Assembly (NCBI GenBank): GCA_035629395.1
Contig: DASPHZ010000030.1
Span: 25,440-89,439, forward strand
Direction of reading: 5' to 3'
Length of the DNA stretch: 64,000 bases
From: Thermoanaerobaculia bacterium
GTDB lineage: Bacteria > Acidobacteriota > Thermoanaerobaculia > Gp7-AA8
Part shown: one piece after another, positions 9,005-17,973 of the stretch
How the letters are laid out: each line of letters begins with the position of its first letter
Position numbering within the stretch: position 1 is the stretch's first letter
The notes under the pieces: model-generated
Database searches by the model: none
What the model was told of the DNA's origin: nothing
The model's input: the letters and a program-made list of their open reading frames with translations, nothing else
Position numbers and translations under genes: made by a program

Positions 9005-9613
9005 TCAGTGATCGTCCGTAACGATCAGCATCAACGTGGTCGCGCCCACCTGAAACTCCGCCTTGTCACTCAGCTCGACCGGGCCGTCGATCTTCGAGCC
9101 GCTGACGAGCGTGCCGTTCGTCGAGCCGAGATCGTGGAGGTTGTAAGTCGTATCGCGGATCTCGAGCGCCGCATGCTGCCGCGAAGCCTCGGTGTCGTTG
9201 AGCGTCAGGTCGGCGTTCGAGCGGCCGATCGTCACACGCGGCTTCTCGATGCGAAAGACGCTCCCCGCGTCGGGACCGTCGAGGATGGCCAGTGAGAGGC
9301 GCTTGCCGGGCGGCAGATGCAGCGAGGTCTCCGGCTTCGGCAACTGCGACTGCTCGGTCGTATCCGGCGGCGTCGTCGGCAACGCGGAGGTGCGCGTCTG
9401 CTCGCGCGAGGTGTACGTGGAATCGCGGGCGTCGACCGCGACCGGCTCACGCGCCGCGAAGGCGGGATTGTGGATCTCGAAGATCTGCTGGCAGCGCGCG
9501 CACTTGATCTTCTTCGACGGCTTCCGCTCGAAGCGCTCCTCGTCGTATTGATACTTCGAATGGCATTGAGGGCATTCGATGATCACGTCGGCGGGACGAT
9601 AACATGATTTCAT
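9005..9613 (-). CDS. FHA-domain protein with N-terminal zinc ribbon
   Basis: CPQCHSKYQY...KCARCQQIF zinc ribbon; C-terminal FHA (TIGRSNADLTLNDTEASRQHAALEIRDTTYNLHDLGSTNGTLV). Start at MKSCY (ATG 9613..9611). Confidence 0.75.
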   Translation of the reverse strand: MKSCYRPADVIIECPQCHSKYQYDEERFERKPSKKIKCARCQQIFEIHNPAFAAREPVAVDARDSTYTSREQTRTSALPTTPPDTTEQSQLPKPETSLHLPPGKRLSLAILDGPDAGSVFRIEKPRVTIGRSNADLTLNDTEASRQHAALEIRDTTYNLHDLGSTNGTLVSGSKIDGPVELSDKAEFQVGATTLMLIVTDDH

Positions 9614-11297
9614 GAAGAGACTTCTCTGTGCCGCGGCACTGCTTTCGCTCGCCTGCACTTCGACCATGCCGACCACTGAATCGCAAAGCCACCTCGCCGC
9701 CAAACCCGACGTTCCGCAACGTCTCGCGCAACTGCCGAAGACGGTCATCGACTACGACCGCTCGCTTCTCGACGAGAACGAGCGCCGCGTCGTGCAGAAG
9801 CTGATCGAAGCGTCGAAGTTCATCGACGAGATCTACTGGCTGCAGGTGGCGGAGGAGAATCCGGAGTACCGCGCGCGCCTCGCGGCGCAGGCGAACAATT
9901 CGCCGCTCGACCGCGCCGCGTACGACTACTTCATGGCTCATCGCGGCCGGTACGACCGGCTGGCCGAGGATGAGCCTTTCATCGAGCCTTTCGACAAACA
10001 CAAGCCGGCGGGCGCGAACTTTTATCCCGCCGACATCACAAAGGAAGAGCTCGAGCGATACGTGGCCGCACATCCCGGCCAGAAGGAAGCACTGCAGGGA
10101 CTCTTCACCGTCGTGCGCCGCCAGGGCTCCGAGCTCGTGGCCATTCCGTATTCGCGTCAGTACGCGGACCTGCTCACGAAAGCCGCGGCATCGCTGCGCG
10201 AAGCGGCGGCGATCAGCGAAAACGCGTCGATGCGCGACTACCTGACGAAGCTCGCCGACGCGTTCTTCAAGGACAACTATCGCGAGAGCGACATGGCCTG
10301 GATGGATCTCGACGGACCGATCGAGGTGGTGATCGGACCGTACGAGGTCTACGAGGACAACCTCTTCAACTTCAAGGCGGCGTTCGAGTCGTTCGTGAAC
10401 GTGGTCGATCGCCCGGAGACGGAGAAGCTCTCCATCTACGCGCAGCATCTGCCGGCGATGGAGCGCAATCTGCCGATTCCGGACGAGCACAAGAACCCGA
10501 ATCGCGGCACCGAGTCGCCGATCCGCGTCGTGCAGGAGCTCTACACCGCCGGCGATGCGCGCCGGGGCGTGCAGACGGCCGCGTTCAATCTGCCGAACGA
10601 CGAATACGTGCGCGAAGTGAAGGGCTCGAAGAAGGTCCTGCTCAAGAACGTGATGGACGCGAAGTACCGCATGAGCGGCGCGCCGATCGCGAACCGCGTC
10701 CTCGAGCCGTCGCAGCGTGCACTGCTCAACTTCGACGCGTATTTCAACTTCGTGCTGTTCCACGAGCTCTCGCACGGCCTCGGGCCGGGTCTCATCACGC
10801 CCCCGGGCGGCGGCGAACGCACGGACGTGCGTCTGCTGCTGAAGGAAACGTATTCTTCGATCGAAGAGTGCAAGGCGGACGTCCTCGGCGTGTGGAACAT
10901 CCTCTACGCGATGCGCAACAACCTCCTCTCCTCGTTCAACGAGCAGCAGCTCTACGCGACGTACGCGGGCCTGCACTTCCGCTCGATGCGCTTCGGCATC
11001 GACGAGGCGCATGGCCGCGGCACGGCAGTGCAGTGGAACTGGCTGCGCGAGGGCGGCGCGATCGTGCCCGCGGCGGACGGGACGTTCTCGGTCGATTTCA
11101 CGAAGATGCGCACCGGCATCGAGTCGCTCGCGACCGAGCTGCTGATGATCGAGGCGACCGGCGATTACGCGCGGGCGCAGCGCTTGCTGGCAAAGTACGG
11201 CGTGTCGACGCCCGAGATCGAGTCGGTGACCGCGCGATTGAAGGACATCCCCGTCGACATCACGCCGGTGTTCCCGGCGGCGGGTGAGACGGAGTAG
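9612..11297 (+). CDS. M49-like (dipeptidyl-peptidase III family) zinc metallopeptidase, probable lipoprotein
   Basis: Signal peptide with lipobox LSLAC|T; zinc motifs HELSH (HEXXH) and EECKAD (compare DPP III EECRAE). Confidence 0.7.
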   Translation: MKRLLCAAALLSLACTSTMPTTESQSHLAAKPDVPQRLAQLPKTVIDYDRSLLDENERRVVQKLIEASKFIDEIYWLQVAEENPEYRARLAAQANNSPLDRAAYDYFMAHRGRYDRLAEDEPFIEPFDKHKPAGANFYPADITKEELERYVAAHPGQKEALQGLFTVVRRQGSELVAIPYSRQYADLLTKAAASLREAAAISENASMRDYLTKLADAFFKDNYRESDMAWMDLDGPIEVVIGPYEVYEDNLFNFKAAFESFVNVVDRPETEKLSIYAQHLPAMERNLPIPDEHKNPNRGTESPIRVVQELYTAGDARRGVQTAAFNLPNDEYVREVKGSKKVLLKNVMDAKYRMSGAPIANRVLEPSQRALLNFDAYFNFVLFHELSHGLGPGLITPPGGGERTDVRLLLKETYSSIEECKADVLGVWNILYAMRNNLLSSFNEQQLYATYAGLHFRSMRFGIDEAHGRGTAVQWNWLREGGAIVPAADGTFSVDFTKMRTGIESLATELLMIEATGDYARAQRLLAKYGVSTPEIESVTARLKDIPVDITPVFPAAGETE

Positions 11298-11300
11298 TCG

Positions 11301-11543
11301 ATGGAAGGACGCGTATTACTGAAGTGCGGTGAGTGCGAGCTCACTCGCGAGATCGTCGGCGAGATCCCGGAGGAGTTCACGAAGTGCTTCGATGACGCCG
11401 TCCATCAGGACGGCTGGGTGCCGCGCCCCGGCGCGAATTACTCGTCGCTCATCTGCCGCGACTGCCTCGTGAAGTACAGCGGCCACGAGACCGTGGACGA
11501 CGAGGAGAAGGTGCAGGGGCGGAAGGATCCGATGGAGCCGTGA
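11301..11543 (+). CDS. Small zinc-ribbon protein (CxxC...C...CxxC), hypothetical
   Basis: KCGECEL...KCF...CRDC; 4 nt after the upstream gene stop. Confidence 0.5.
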   Translation: MEGRVLLKCGECELTREIVGEIPEEFTKCFDDAVHQDGWVPRPGANYSSLICRDCLVKYSGHETVDDEEKVQGRKDPMEP

Positions 11544-11546
11544 ACG

Positions 11547-11625
11547 ATGTTGCCGGTTGTCGGTTGTCGGTTGTCGGTGCCGTCTCGCAAGGCAGCACAG
11601 ACAACTGACCGACAACCGACAACGG
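11547..11625. repeat. Hairpin repeat element, (GGTTGTC)n left arm / (CGACAAC)n right arm, between convergent genes
   Basis: ccggttgtcggttgtcggttgtcggtg-ccgtctcgcaaggcagcacagacaactga-ccgacaaccgacaacgg. Confidence 0.8.
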
Positions 11626-11629
11626 ACGT

Positions 11630-13522
11630 CTACGCGAGCTTCCGAATCGCTTCTTCCACCTGCTCCGCGGTCGGGACCACCGGCTGCACCAGCGATCCCT
11701 CGAGCCATTCGTACTCGCCCTTCATGAACTTCTGGACGACCTTGTACGCGAGCTCGTCGTGGTTATCGAAGAGCGTGCGGAAGTTCTGGTCGACGCGCAC
11801 GCGCGCTTCGCGGCAGAAGAGATCCGCCAGCTCGAGCGCGTTCTTGTCGCCCTTTTTCGCGAGCATCGTGGCGTAGCTGATCGTCGCCGACATCGCGAAG
11901 AGGTCCGTGCCGATGTCGACGATGCGGAACAGCACCATCTGCTTCCGCTCCAGCTTCGCCTGGAAGCGCATCATGGCGTGGAAGATCGAGCGCGAGAGAT
12001 GACGCGACTGGCGCTCGAGGTAGCCGACATGCGTCTGCAGGCGCCCGAACTCGGAATGTTTCGGGAAACGGCTCCACCCCACATAACGCGTCGGGTACCA
12101 GGTCGCGTAGAACGCGCCCGCCTTCGCGGCCGCGGAGAGCTTCTCGCCCGTCGGCGTCTCCGGCAGCAGGATCTTGTAGCCGCGCTTCATGTGCGGATCG
12201 ACCGCCTCGCGCGCGATGAAGAGATGCTGGATCTCGCTCGTCCCTTCGAAGATGCGGTTGATGCGCATGTCGCGCATGATCCGCTCGACCGGATGCGCCT
12301 TCTCGCCGCGCGCCTTGAGTGACGCCGACGTCTCGAATCCGCGTCCGCCGCGGATCTGCACGAGATGATCGACGCACTGCCACGCCACTTCCGTGTTGAA
12401 CAGCTTCGCCATCGCCGCTTCGAGGCGCAGGTCGACGTCGCCGCGATCGGCGAGGCCGGACGTCAGCCACACGATCGCTTCCATCGCCAGCGTGTGCGAG
12501 GCCATCCAGGCGATCTTCGACGCGACGCCTTCGTGCTTGCCGATCGCCGCGCCCCACTGCACGCGCTCGTTCGCCCACTCGCGTGCGATCTCGAGCATGC
12601 GGCGCGCGCCGGCCGCGCAGCCCGCGGGGATCGTGAGGCGTCCCGTGTTCAGCGTGATGAGCGCGAGCTTCAGGCCGAGGCCTTCACCCCAGAGGAGATT
12701 CTCTTTCGGGACGAAGACGTCCTTGAACTTGATCAGCACGTTGCCGATGCCGCGCAGGCCCATGAACTGGCAGCGGTGCGCGATCTCGACGCCCGGCGTG
12801 TCCATCTCCAGGATGAACGCGGAGATCTGCTTCTTCTCCTTGCCGTTCACGACCTTCGGCGGCGTCTGCGCCATGACCACGATGAGCTCGGCCTTGAGGC
12901 CGTTCGTGCACCACAGCTTCTCGCCGTTGAGGATCCATCCCTTGCCGTCCGGAGTGGGCGTCGCGCGCGTCTCCATCTTGGCGGGATCCGATCCGACGCC
13001 CGGTTCGGTGAGCGCGAACGCGGAGATCGCGCCGTTCGCCAGCCGCGGCAGGTACTTTTTCTTCTGCTCCTCGGTGCCGAAGAGCTTGAGCGGCTGCGGC
13101 ACGCCGATGGACTGATGCGCGGAGAGCCAGGCCACGCTCGACGCGCACCATGTCGCGACGAGGCCGATGGCGCGGTTGTAGTTCGTGGCGGAGAATCCGA
13201 GGCCGCCGTACTCCTTGGGGATCTTCATGCCCCAGGCGCCGAGCTTGTTGAAGCCTTCGAAGAGGCTGTAGTCGTACTCGCCCTTCGCGTCGATCTCCTC
13301 GGCGTCCACGTTCTCGGCGAGGAAGCGCTCGAGGTTCTGGAGGAACGGGTCCGCCTCGGCTTTGTCGGCCGCCGGCTGCTCGGGGAAGGGGTGGATCAGG
13401 TCGAGATTGAGCTTGCCGAGGAACAGATCGCCGACGAATGAGGGCTTTTCCCATTCGGTTTCGCGCGAGGCCTCGGCGACTTCCATCGCCTCGACGGCGC
13501 CCTGCGTTTTGACTTCCGCCAT
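11630..13522 (-). CDS. Acyl-CoA dehydrogenase family protein (long form with C-terminal extension)
   Basis: ACAD N-terminal, middle and C-terminal domain motifs (FALTEPGVGSD...WCTNG...RIFEGTSEIQ). Confidence 0.85.
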   Translation of the reverse strand: MAEVKTQGAVEAMEVAEASRETEWEKPSFVGDLFLGKLNLDLIHPFPEQPAADKAEADPFLQNLERFLAENVDAEEIDAKGEYDYSLFEGFNKLGAWGMKIPKEYGGLGFSATNYNRAIGLVATWCASSVAWLSAHQSIGVPQPLKLFGTEEQKKKYLPRLANGAISAFALTEPGVGSDPAKMETRATPTPDGKGWILNGEKLWCTNGLKAELIVVMAQTPPKVVNGKEKKQISAFILEMDTPGVEIAHRCQFMGLRGIGNVLIKFKDVFVPKENLLWGEGLGLKLALITLNTGRLTIPAGCAAGARRMLEIAREWANERVQWGAAIGKHEGVASKIAWMASHTLAMEAIVWLTSGLADRGDVDLRLEAAMAKLFNTEVAWQCVDHLVQIRGGRGFETSASLKARGEKAHPVERIMRDMRINRIFEGTSEIQHLFIAREAVDPHMKRGYKILLPETPTGEKLSAAAKAGAFYATWYPTRYVGWSRFPKHSEFGRLQTHVGYLERQSRHLSRSIFHAMMRFQAKLERKQMVLFRIVDIGTDLFAMSATISYATMLAKKGDKNALELADLFCREARVRVDQNFRTLFDNHDELAYKVVQKFMKGEYEWLEGSLVQPVVPTAEQVEEAIRKLA

Positions 13523-13641
13523 ACGTGACTCCTTAGAGCTCGGGATTTACAGATTTCGTACCGGGGAGCGCGAGTATGAATGAATCACCATTCAGTCGTC
13601 AATTTGCCAGATTCGAGCCATGGAAATGGGATGATGCCGCC

Positions 13642-13932
13642 ATGCCTGCACTCGTCATCGTCGACATCGAAGTGACCGACCCCGTTCGCTACGAGGACTA
13701 CAAGCGCCTCGCCTCCGCGTCCATCGCCGCGCACGGAGGGCGTTATCTCGTCCGCGGCGGACAAAGCGAAGTGCTGGACGGCACGTGGACGCCGCGCCGC
13801 CTCGTGGTGCTGGAGTTCGACTCGGTCGAAAAAGCGAAGGCGTGGCGCGAGTCGCCGGAGTACGCCGAGGCGAAGCAGGTGCGCGCGAGTTGCGCGCGCG
13901 CGAACATGGTGGTCGTGGAGGGAGTGTCGTAA
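13642..13932 (+). CDS. DUF1330-family small protein
   Basis: MPALVIVDIEVTDPVRYEDYKRLA...LVVLEFDSVEKAKAWRESPEY is characteristic of DUF1330. Confidence 0.65.
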   Translation: MPALVIVDIEVTDPVRYEDYKRLASASIAAHGGRYLVRGGQSEVLDGTWTPRRLVVLEFDSVEKAKAWRESPEYAEAKQVRASCARANMVVVEGVS

Positions 13933-14035
13933 AGAGCCACGACCGGCGATACGGCTCGCGAGAGGATCGTGTCGCGCCTGCCACCGTGGCAGCATCAGGC
14001 TAAAACCGGCGCACCGCAGGCAAGGGTCGCCCGCC

Positions 14036-15892
14036 CTACCGCCGCCCGCCCACGATCGCCCGCAGCGTTCGCAGGCGCACGTCCAGCTCCTCGGGGGTCA
14101 CGTTCGCGTACTTGGCCGGGAGGAGGCGGCGGCTCGAAGCTTCGAACACGGCCAGCAGCTCCATGTACTCGAGCAGCTCGGTGTCGCGGCTCGGGAAGTA
14201 ATCCGCGGCCGCGCGGATGAAGCGCTCCTCGCTCACTTCCGTGAGTCCCTCGCGCGCCGCGTCGTCGAGCGCCATCAACACCACCGCTTCGATGTCCGCG
14301 TTGCTGTAGCCGACGAGCTTCTTCGAAAACCCATCGCGGATCGCGGCAAAGTCGACGCTCGTCTTCACGCGGTTCTTGCGCACCAGTGCGCGGGCGATGT
14401 TCTCCACTTCCTCCGGCGTCTGGCAGTAGAGGAACGGGATCTTGCGGTCGAGACGGCCGGCGCGTTTGAGATCGACGTCGAGCTTGTCCGGACGGTTCGT
14501 CATCACGAGGAAGAGGATCCGTCCGCGATTGCTCGTATCGGACATGAACTCCTTGATCCGTGCGATCACGCGCGACGACGTGCCGCCGTCGCCTTCTCCA
14601 TCCGTGTTGCCGAAGGCGCGGTCGCCTTCGTCGATGATCACCACGACCTGCCCGATCGCGCGGATCACGTTCAGGATCTTCTCGAGGTTTCCTTCCGTCG
14701 CGCCGACCCACTTCGAGCGGAAGTTCTTCAGCTTGATCGTCGTGAGGCCGCACTCCTTCGCAAACGCCTCGGCCACGAACGTTTTCCCCGTGCCCATCGG
14801 ACCGGTGAACAGCACGCCCATCGGCACGCGCGCGGTCTGGCCGTCGCGGATGCTCGCGGCGATCACGGAGAGATCCTTCTTCACTTCCTCCATCCCGCCG
14901 ACGACGTCGAACCCGTGCTGCGGCTCGACGAATTCGACGAGGCCGAAGCACTCGCGCTCCAGGATCTCGCGCTTGCGGCGCGCGATCAGACGATCGACCT
15001 CCTGGCGCGCCGCTTCGGCACGATCGGCCTGCACTTTTTCGGCCGCCGAGTCGACTGCCGAAGCCCCCGGCGCGAGCAGCTTCGCGATCTCCTCGCGGCC
15101 CATTCCGGCGGTGAGCTGCGCGAGCTTCCGCGCGCGCTCCGGCACATCCGTGCCGCTGCCGAGGATTCCGGAGATGAAGGCCTCGCGATCGTGGGATTCG
15201 GTCTCGCTCACCGGCGGAGGCGTGAGGATCGTCAGGACCTGGATCGCCTTGAGCCCCGCGGTGATCTCCGCGTAGCGCGCGACCTCCTTCTCCGTCAGCG
15301 AGCGATCCGCCAGCGCGGCCGCGGCCTTGCGCGTCTCGCGATCCGGCATCGGCACATCCACCACCGCCACTTTCGGGTTCGACACCAGCTTCGGCGCGAG
15401 CTCCGCCAGGTTTTCGGAGATGAGGATGACGACGTTGTCGCTCCGTTCGATCTGCGGCAGGAACGACCAGCGATGCAGCGTGACGACCGCGGCGCGATCG
15501 GCCTCGCTCTGGAAATTCGGGTCGCCCGCGGGCGCGACGACTTCCGCGTATTCGACGATCACCGCCGTGCGCGTGTTGGCCATGAGCAGGCGCTCGACCG
15601 CCGCGAGCACGCGCGGCTTCTCCACCGACGACAGCATCTGGTCCGTCTCGGCGGCGAGTCCCGGCGGCTGCTTCAGAAAACGCACGCCGGTGGCGACGTT
15701 GTAGACGGCGACGATCTCTTTCGAGTCGCGGAGCAGCACGTTGCCCAGGAATTCCGTGAGCGTCAGCGTGCGGCCGCCGCTCAGGACGACGTCGTAGACG
15801 TTGCCGTGCAGGACGAAGATCGACGCCTCGCCGCGCAGGTAGCGCCGCCGCAGGTCGTCGGCCCAGGGAGGAAGAATGCGAGCCTCGGCCAA
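14036..15892 (-). CDS. AAA+ ATPase (classic clade: Walker A/B plus second region of homology) with about 330-aa uncharacterised N-terminal domain; TTG start abutting upstream stop
   Basis: [14 protein letters not shown] (Walker A), VVIIDEGD (Walker B), SRH ([27 protein letters not shown]). N-terminal region has no recognisable motif. Start codon TTG directly follows TAG of the upstream gene. Confidence 0.8.
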   Translation of the reverse strand: MAEARILPPWADDLRRRYLRGEASIFVLHGNVYDVVLSGGRTLTLTEFLGNVLLRDSKEIVAVYNVATGVRFLKQPPGLAAETDQMLSSVEKPRVLAAVERLLMANTRTAVIVEYAEVVAPAGDPNFQSEADRAAVVTLHRWSFLPQIERSDNVVILISENLAELAPKLVSNPKVAVVDVPMPDRETRKAAAALADRSLTEKEVARYAEITAGLKAIQVLTILTPPPVSETESHDREAFISGILGSGTDVPERARKLAQLTAGMGREEIAKLLAPGASAVDSAAEKVQADRAEAARQEVDRLIARRKREILERECFGLVEFVEPQHGFDVVGGMEEVKKDLSVIAASIRDGQTARVPMGVLFTGPMGTGKTFVAEAFAKECGLTTIKLKNFRSKWVGATEGNLEKILNVIRAIGQVVVIIDEGDRAFGNTDGEGDGGTSSRVIARIKEFMSDTSNRGRILFLVMTNRPDKLDVDLKRAGRLDRKIPFLYCQTPEEVENIARALVRKNRVKTSVDFAAIRDGFSKKLVGYSNADIEAVVLMALDDAAREGLTEVSEERFIRAAADYFPSRDTELLEYMELLAVFEASSRRLLPAKYANVTPEELDVRLRTLRAIVGGRR

Positions 15893-16798
15893 CTAAACCC
15901 CCATCGTGCTCAGAATTTTTTCCGTGTCGAGCGCCGTCTGGCGGATCGACTCCACGCCGTCCAGCAGATCGTCGAGTTGTCCGGTCAGCTCCGCCGGCGA
16001 CTGCATCATCACGATCTGGTCCGCGATGAGCTGGAACGAGTTCTCGATCAGATCGAGCTGTCCGCGGGCGACGCGCAGATAGTCGCGCAGCTCGCTCAGC
16101 TTCTCGAGCCGCTTGCGGATCACGGCGAGATTCTTCTTCGCGATGTCGCTTTCCTGCGGAGAGATCTCACCCGATTCGATGCGCCGCTCCCAATGCGCGC
16201 GGTCGTGCTCGAGCTCCCGGAAATCGATCGTCTCGAGATACGCCTCGTAGCGCGCGCACGTGATGGCCATCTCCACGAACGCGTCGACGAGCCGGCGCGT
16301 CTTGATCAGCTCACTGCGCAGCAGCTCGCCCGTGAACGACGGGTTCTGCGAAGCCAGACGATGAATGTCGGCCTGTCTGCCGACGAGCTGGTAGACGCGC
16401 TCGCGGTCCTCCTGCGGCAACGCCTTCAGCCGCTCCTCGCGCTCGCGCGCCTCGAGGGCGAGACGCACCTTCTCGAAACGCGGATCCCAGAGCAGCCGGC
16501 GGAGCGTCTTCGACTCCGACCCGTGCATCAGCCAGAGCAGCTCGCCGCCGATCGCCGCGGCCGCGAGGATCGGATTCATCGTCGCCGCGGCAGCGGCCAG
16601 CGTGCCGAGGAAGAGGGAGAGGTTGTACGGATTGGCGAACGCCATCTTCAGATACGGACGCTTCTCGAAGACGGCATCGGTGACGACGTCTTTCGCGGTC
16701 TCGCGAATCGCCTTCTGCAGGTCCGGCTTCGCGGGTCTCTGCTGCGCGTCGCGTTTCCGCGGCGGCATCTGCGTCGTCTTGGTGGACACCGGCGTCAT
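15893..16798 (-). CDS. Membrane-associated coiled-coil protein of unknown function (about 301 aa), translationally coupled to the AAA ATPase
   Basis: Basic N-terminus, hydrophobic segment NLSLFLGTLAAAAATMNPILAAAAIGGELLWLM, then about 200 aa of predicted coiled coil. The 571-aa ORF-track extension overlaps the opposite-strand SBP gene and is rejected. Confidence 0.6.
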   Translation of the reverse strand: MTPVSTKTTQMPPRKRDAQQRPAKPDLQKAIRETAKDVVTDAVFEKRPYLKMAFANPYNLSLFLGTLAAAAATMNPILAAAAIGGELLWLMHGSESKTLRRLLWDPRFEKVRLALEAREREERLKALPQEDRERVYQLVGRQADIHRLASQNPSFTGELLRSELIKTRRLVDAFVEMAITCARYEAYLETIDFRELEHDRAHWERRIESGEISPQESDIAKKNLAVIRKRLEKLSELRDYLRVARGQLDLIENSFQLIADQIVMMQSPAELTGQLDDLLDGVESIRQTALDTEKILSTMGV

Positions 16799-16870
16799 TC
16801 TACGTGAGCCTCTCGTTTGCGAGCCCGGCGGGCACTCCGTATCATGCCGCCACATTCGGAGCGTGCATTC

Positions 16871-17959
16871 ATGAGACTGACCCCTTTCGCCAAGGTCTTC
16901 ATCACCATTGTGATCCTCGGGATCATCGGCTACATCGGCTGGCATTACCGCGACAAGCTGCCGAAGGGCGGCCAGAAGCAGGACGCGTCCACCGCGACGT
17001 CGGGCACGACCACGACCGCCGCGGCCACGAGCACCGCACCCGGCGCCACGCCGGCGTCGACCCAGCCCAGCCCCACCGGCGTGCTCGCGAAGATCCGCCG
17101 CGACAAAGTCCTGCGCGTCGGGATGGAGCCGGATGCGCCGCCGCTGCATTTCATCAACGAAAACCAGCAGGAAGACGGCTTCGACTTTCAGATGGCCGCG
17201 CGGATCGGAAAGCATCTCGGCACCGAGCGCGTGCGCGTCGTCGAGGCCGACTACGGCGAGCTGCCCGCGCTGCTGCAGCGCGGCGACATCGACATCATCA
17301 TGGCAGGCTACGTCCCCGATCCCGCGGTCCAGGGCGTCGACTGGAGCAACGGCTATCTCGACTTCGGCCTCTGCATGATCGTGCAGGAGGGGATGCTCTC
17401 GAGCTACCGCGACGTCTCCGACCTCGCCGGAAAAGTCGTCGCCATCTACGACGACCCTGCCGCCGAAAAGTGGGTGCGGGCGAACATCCCCAACGCCACG
17501 ATCCGCAAATTCTCCGGCGACTCCGGATGGTTCGAAGCCGTCGAGAACGGCCAGGCCGATGCGCTGATCTACGACTATCCGTTCGCGGCGGTCGAGATCA
17601 AGGAGCATCCGCGGACCGTCATCGCCAAGTACAACCTCAACAAATCAAAATACGCCGTCGGCGTCCCCTCCGGAAATTACGACCTGGTCTACGAGATCAA
17701 CCAGGCGCTCGACCGGATCAAGGAATCCGACCAGTACGCGACGCTCATGAAGACCTACCTGGCGAGCAAATCCGAAGCGTTCATGCAGCCGGTGGCCGGA
17801 CGCAGGACGCATCGCGTGGTGGCCGGCGACACACTCGGCAAGATCGCGCGCCAGGAGCTCGGCAGCTCGGAGCGCTGGGAAGACATCTGGAAGCTCAACA
17901 CCGAGCGCGTCGCCGATCCCAACCTCATCTACCCCGGACTGGTGTTGATCCTGCCGTAA
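16871..17959 (+). CDS. Membrane-anchored solute-binding protein (SBP_bac_3, amino-acid-binding type) fused to C-terminal LysM domain
   Basis: N-terminal TM, Thr/Ala-rich linker, periplasmic binding fold, C-terminal LysM (HRVVAGDTLGKIARQELGSSERWEDIWKLN...LIYPGLVLILP). Confidence 0.75.
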   Translation: MRLTPFAKVFITIVILGIIGYIGWHYRDKLPKGGQKQDASTATSGTTTTAAATSTAPGATPASTQPSPTGVLAKIRRDKVLRVGMEPDAPPLHFINENQQEDGFDFQMAARIGKHLGTERVRVVEADYGELPALLQRGDIDIIMAGYVPDPAVQGVDWSNGYLDFGLCMIVQEGMLSSYRDVSDLAGKVVAIYDDPAAEKWVRANIPNATIRKFSGDSGWFEAVENGQADALIYDYPFAAVEIKEHPRTVIAKYNLNKSKYAVGVPSGNYDLVYEINQALDRIKESDQYATLMKTYLASKSEAFMQPVAGRRTHRVVAGDTLGKIARQELGSSERWEDIWKLNTERVADPNLIYPGLVLILP

Positions 17960-17973
17960 CGCGAGGACCCTCA

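Noticed and set aside
16804-17973. Upstream extension making a 931-aa 'amine oxidase' ORF and a 571-aa extension of the coiled-coil gene (to 17608)
   Set aside because: The extensions overlap the opposite-strand SBP-LysM gene and have junk composition. The real starts are at the Tat-signal Met (17974) and at ATG 16798.
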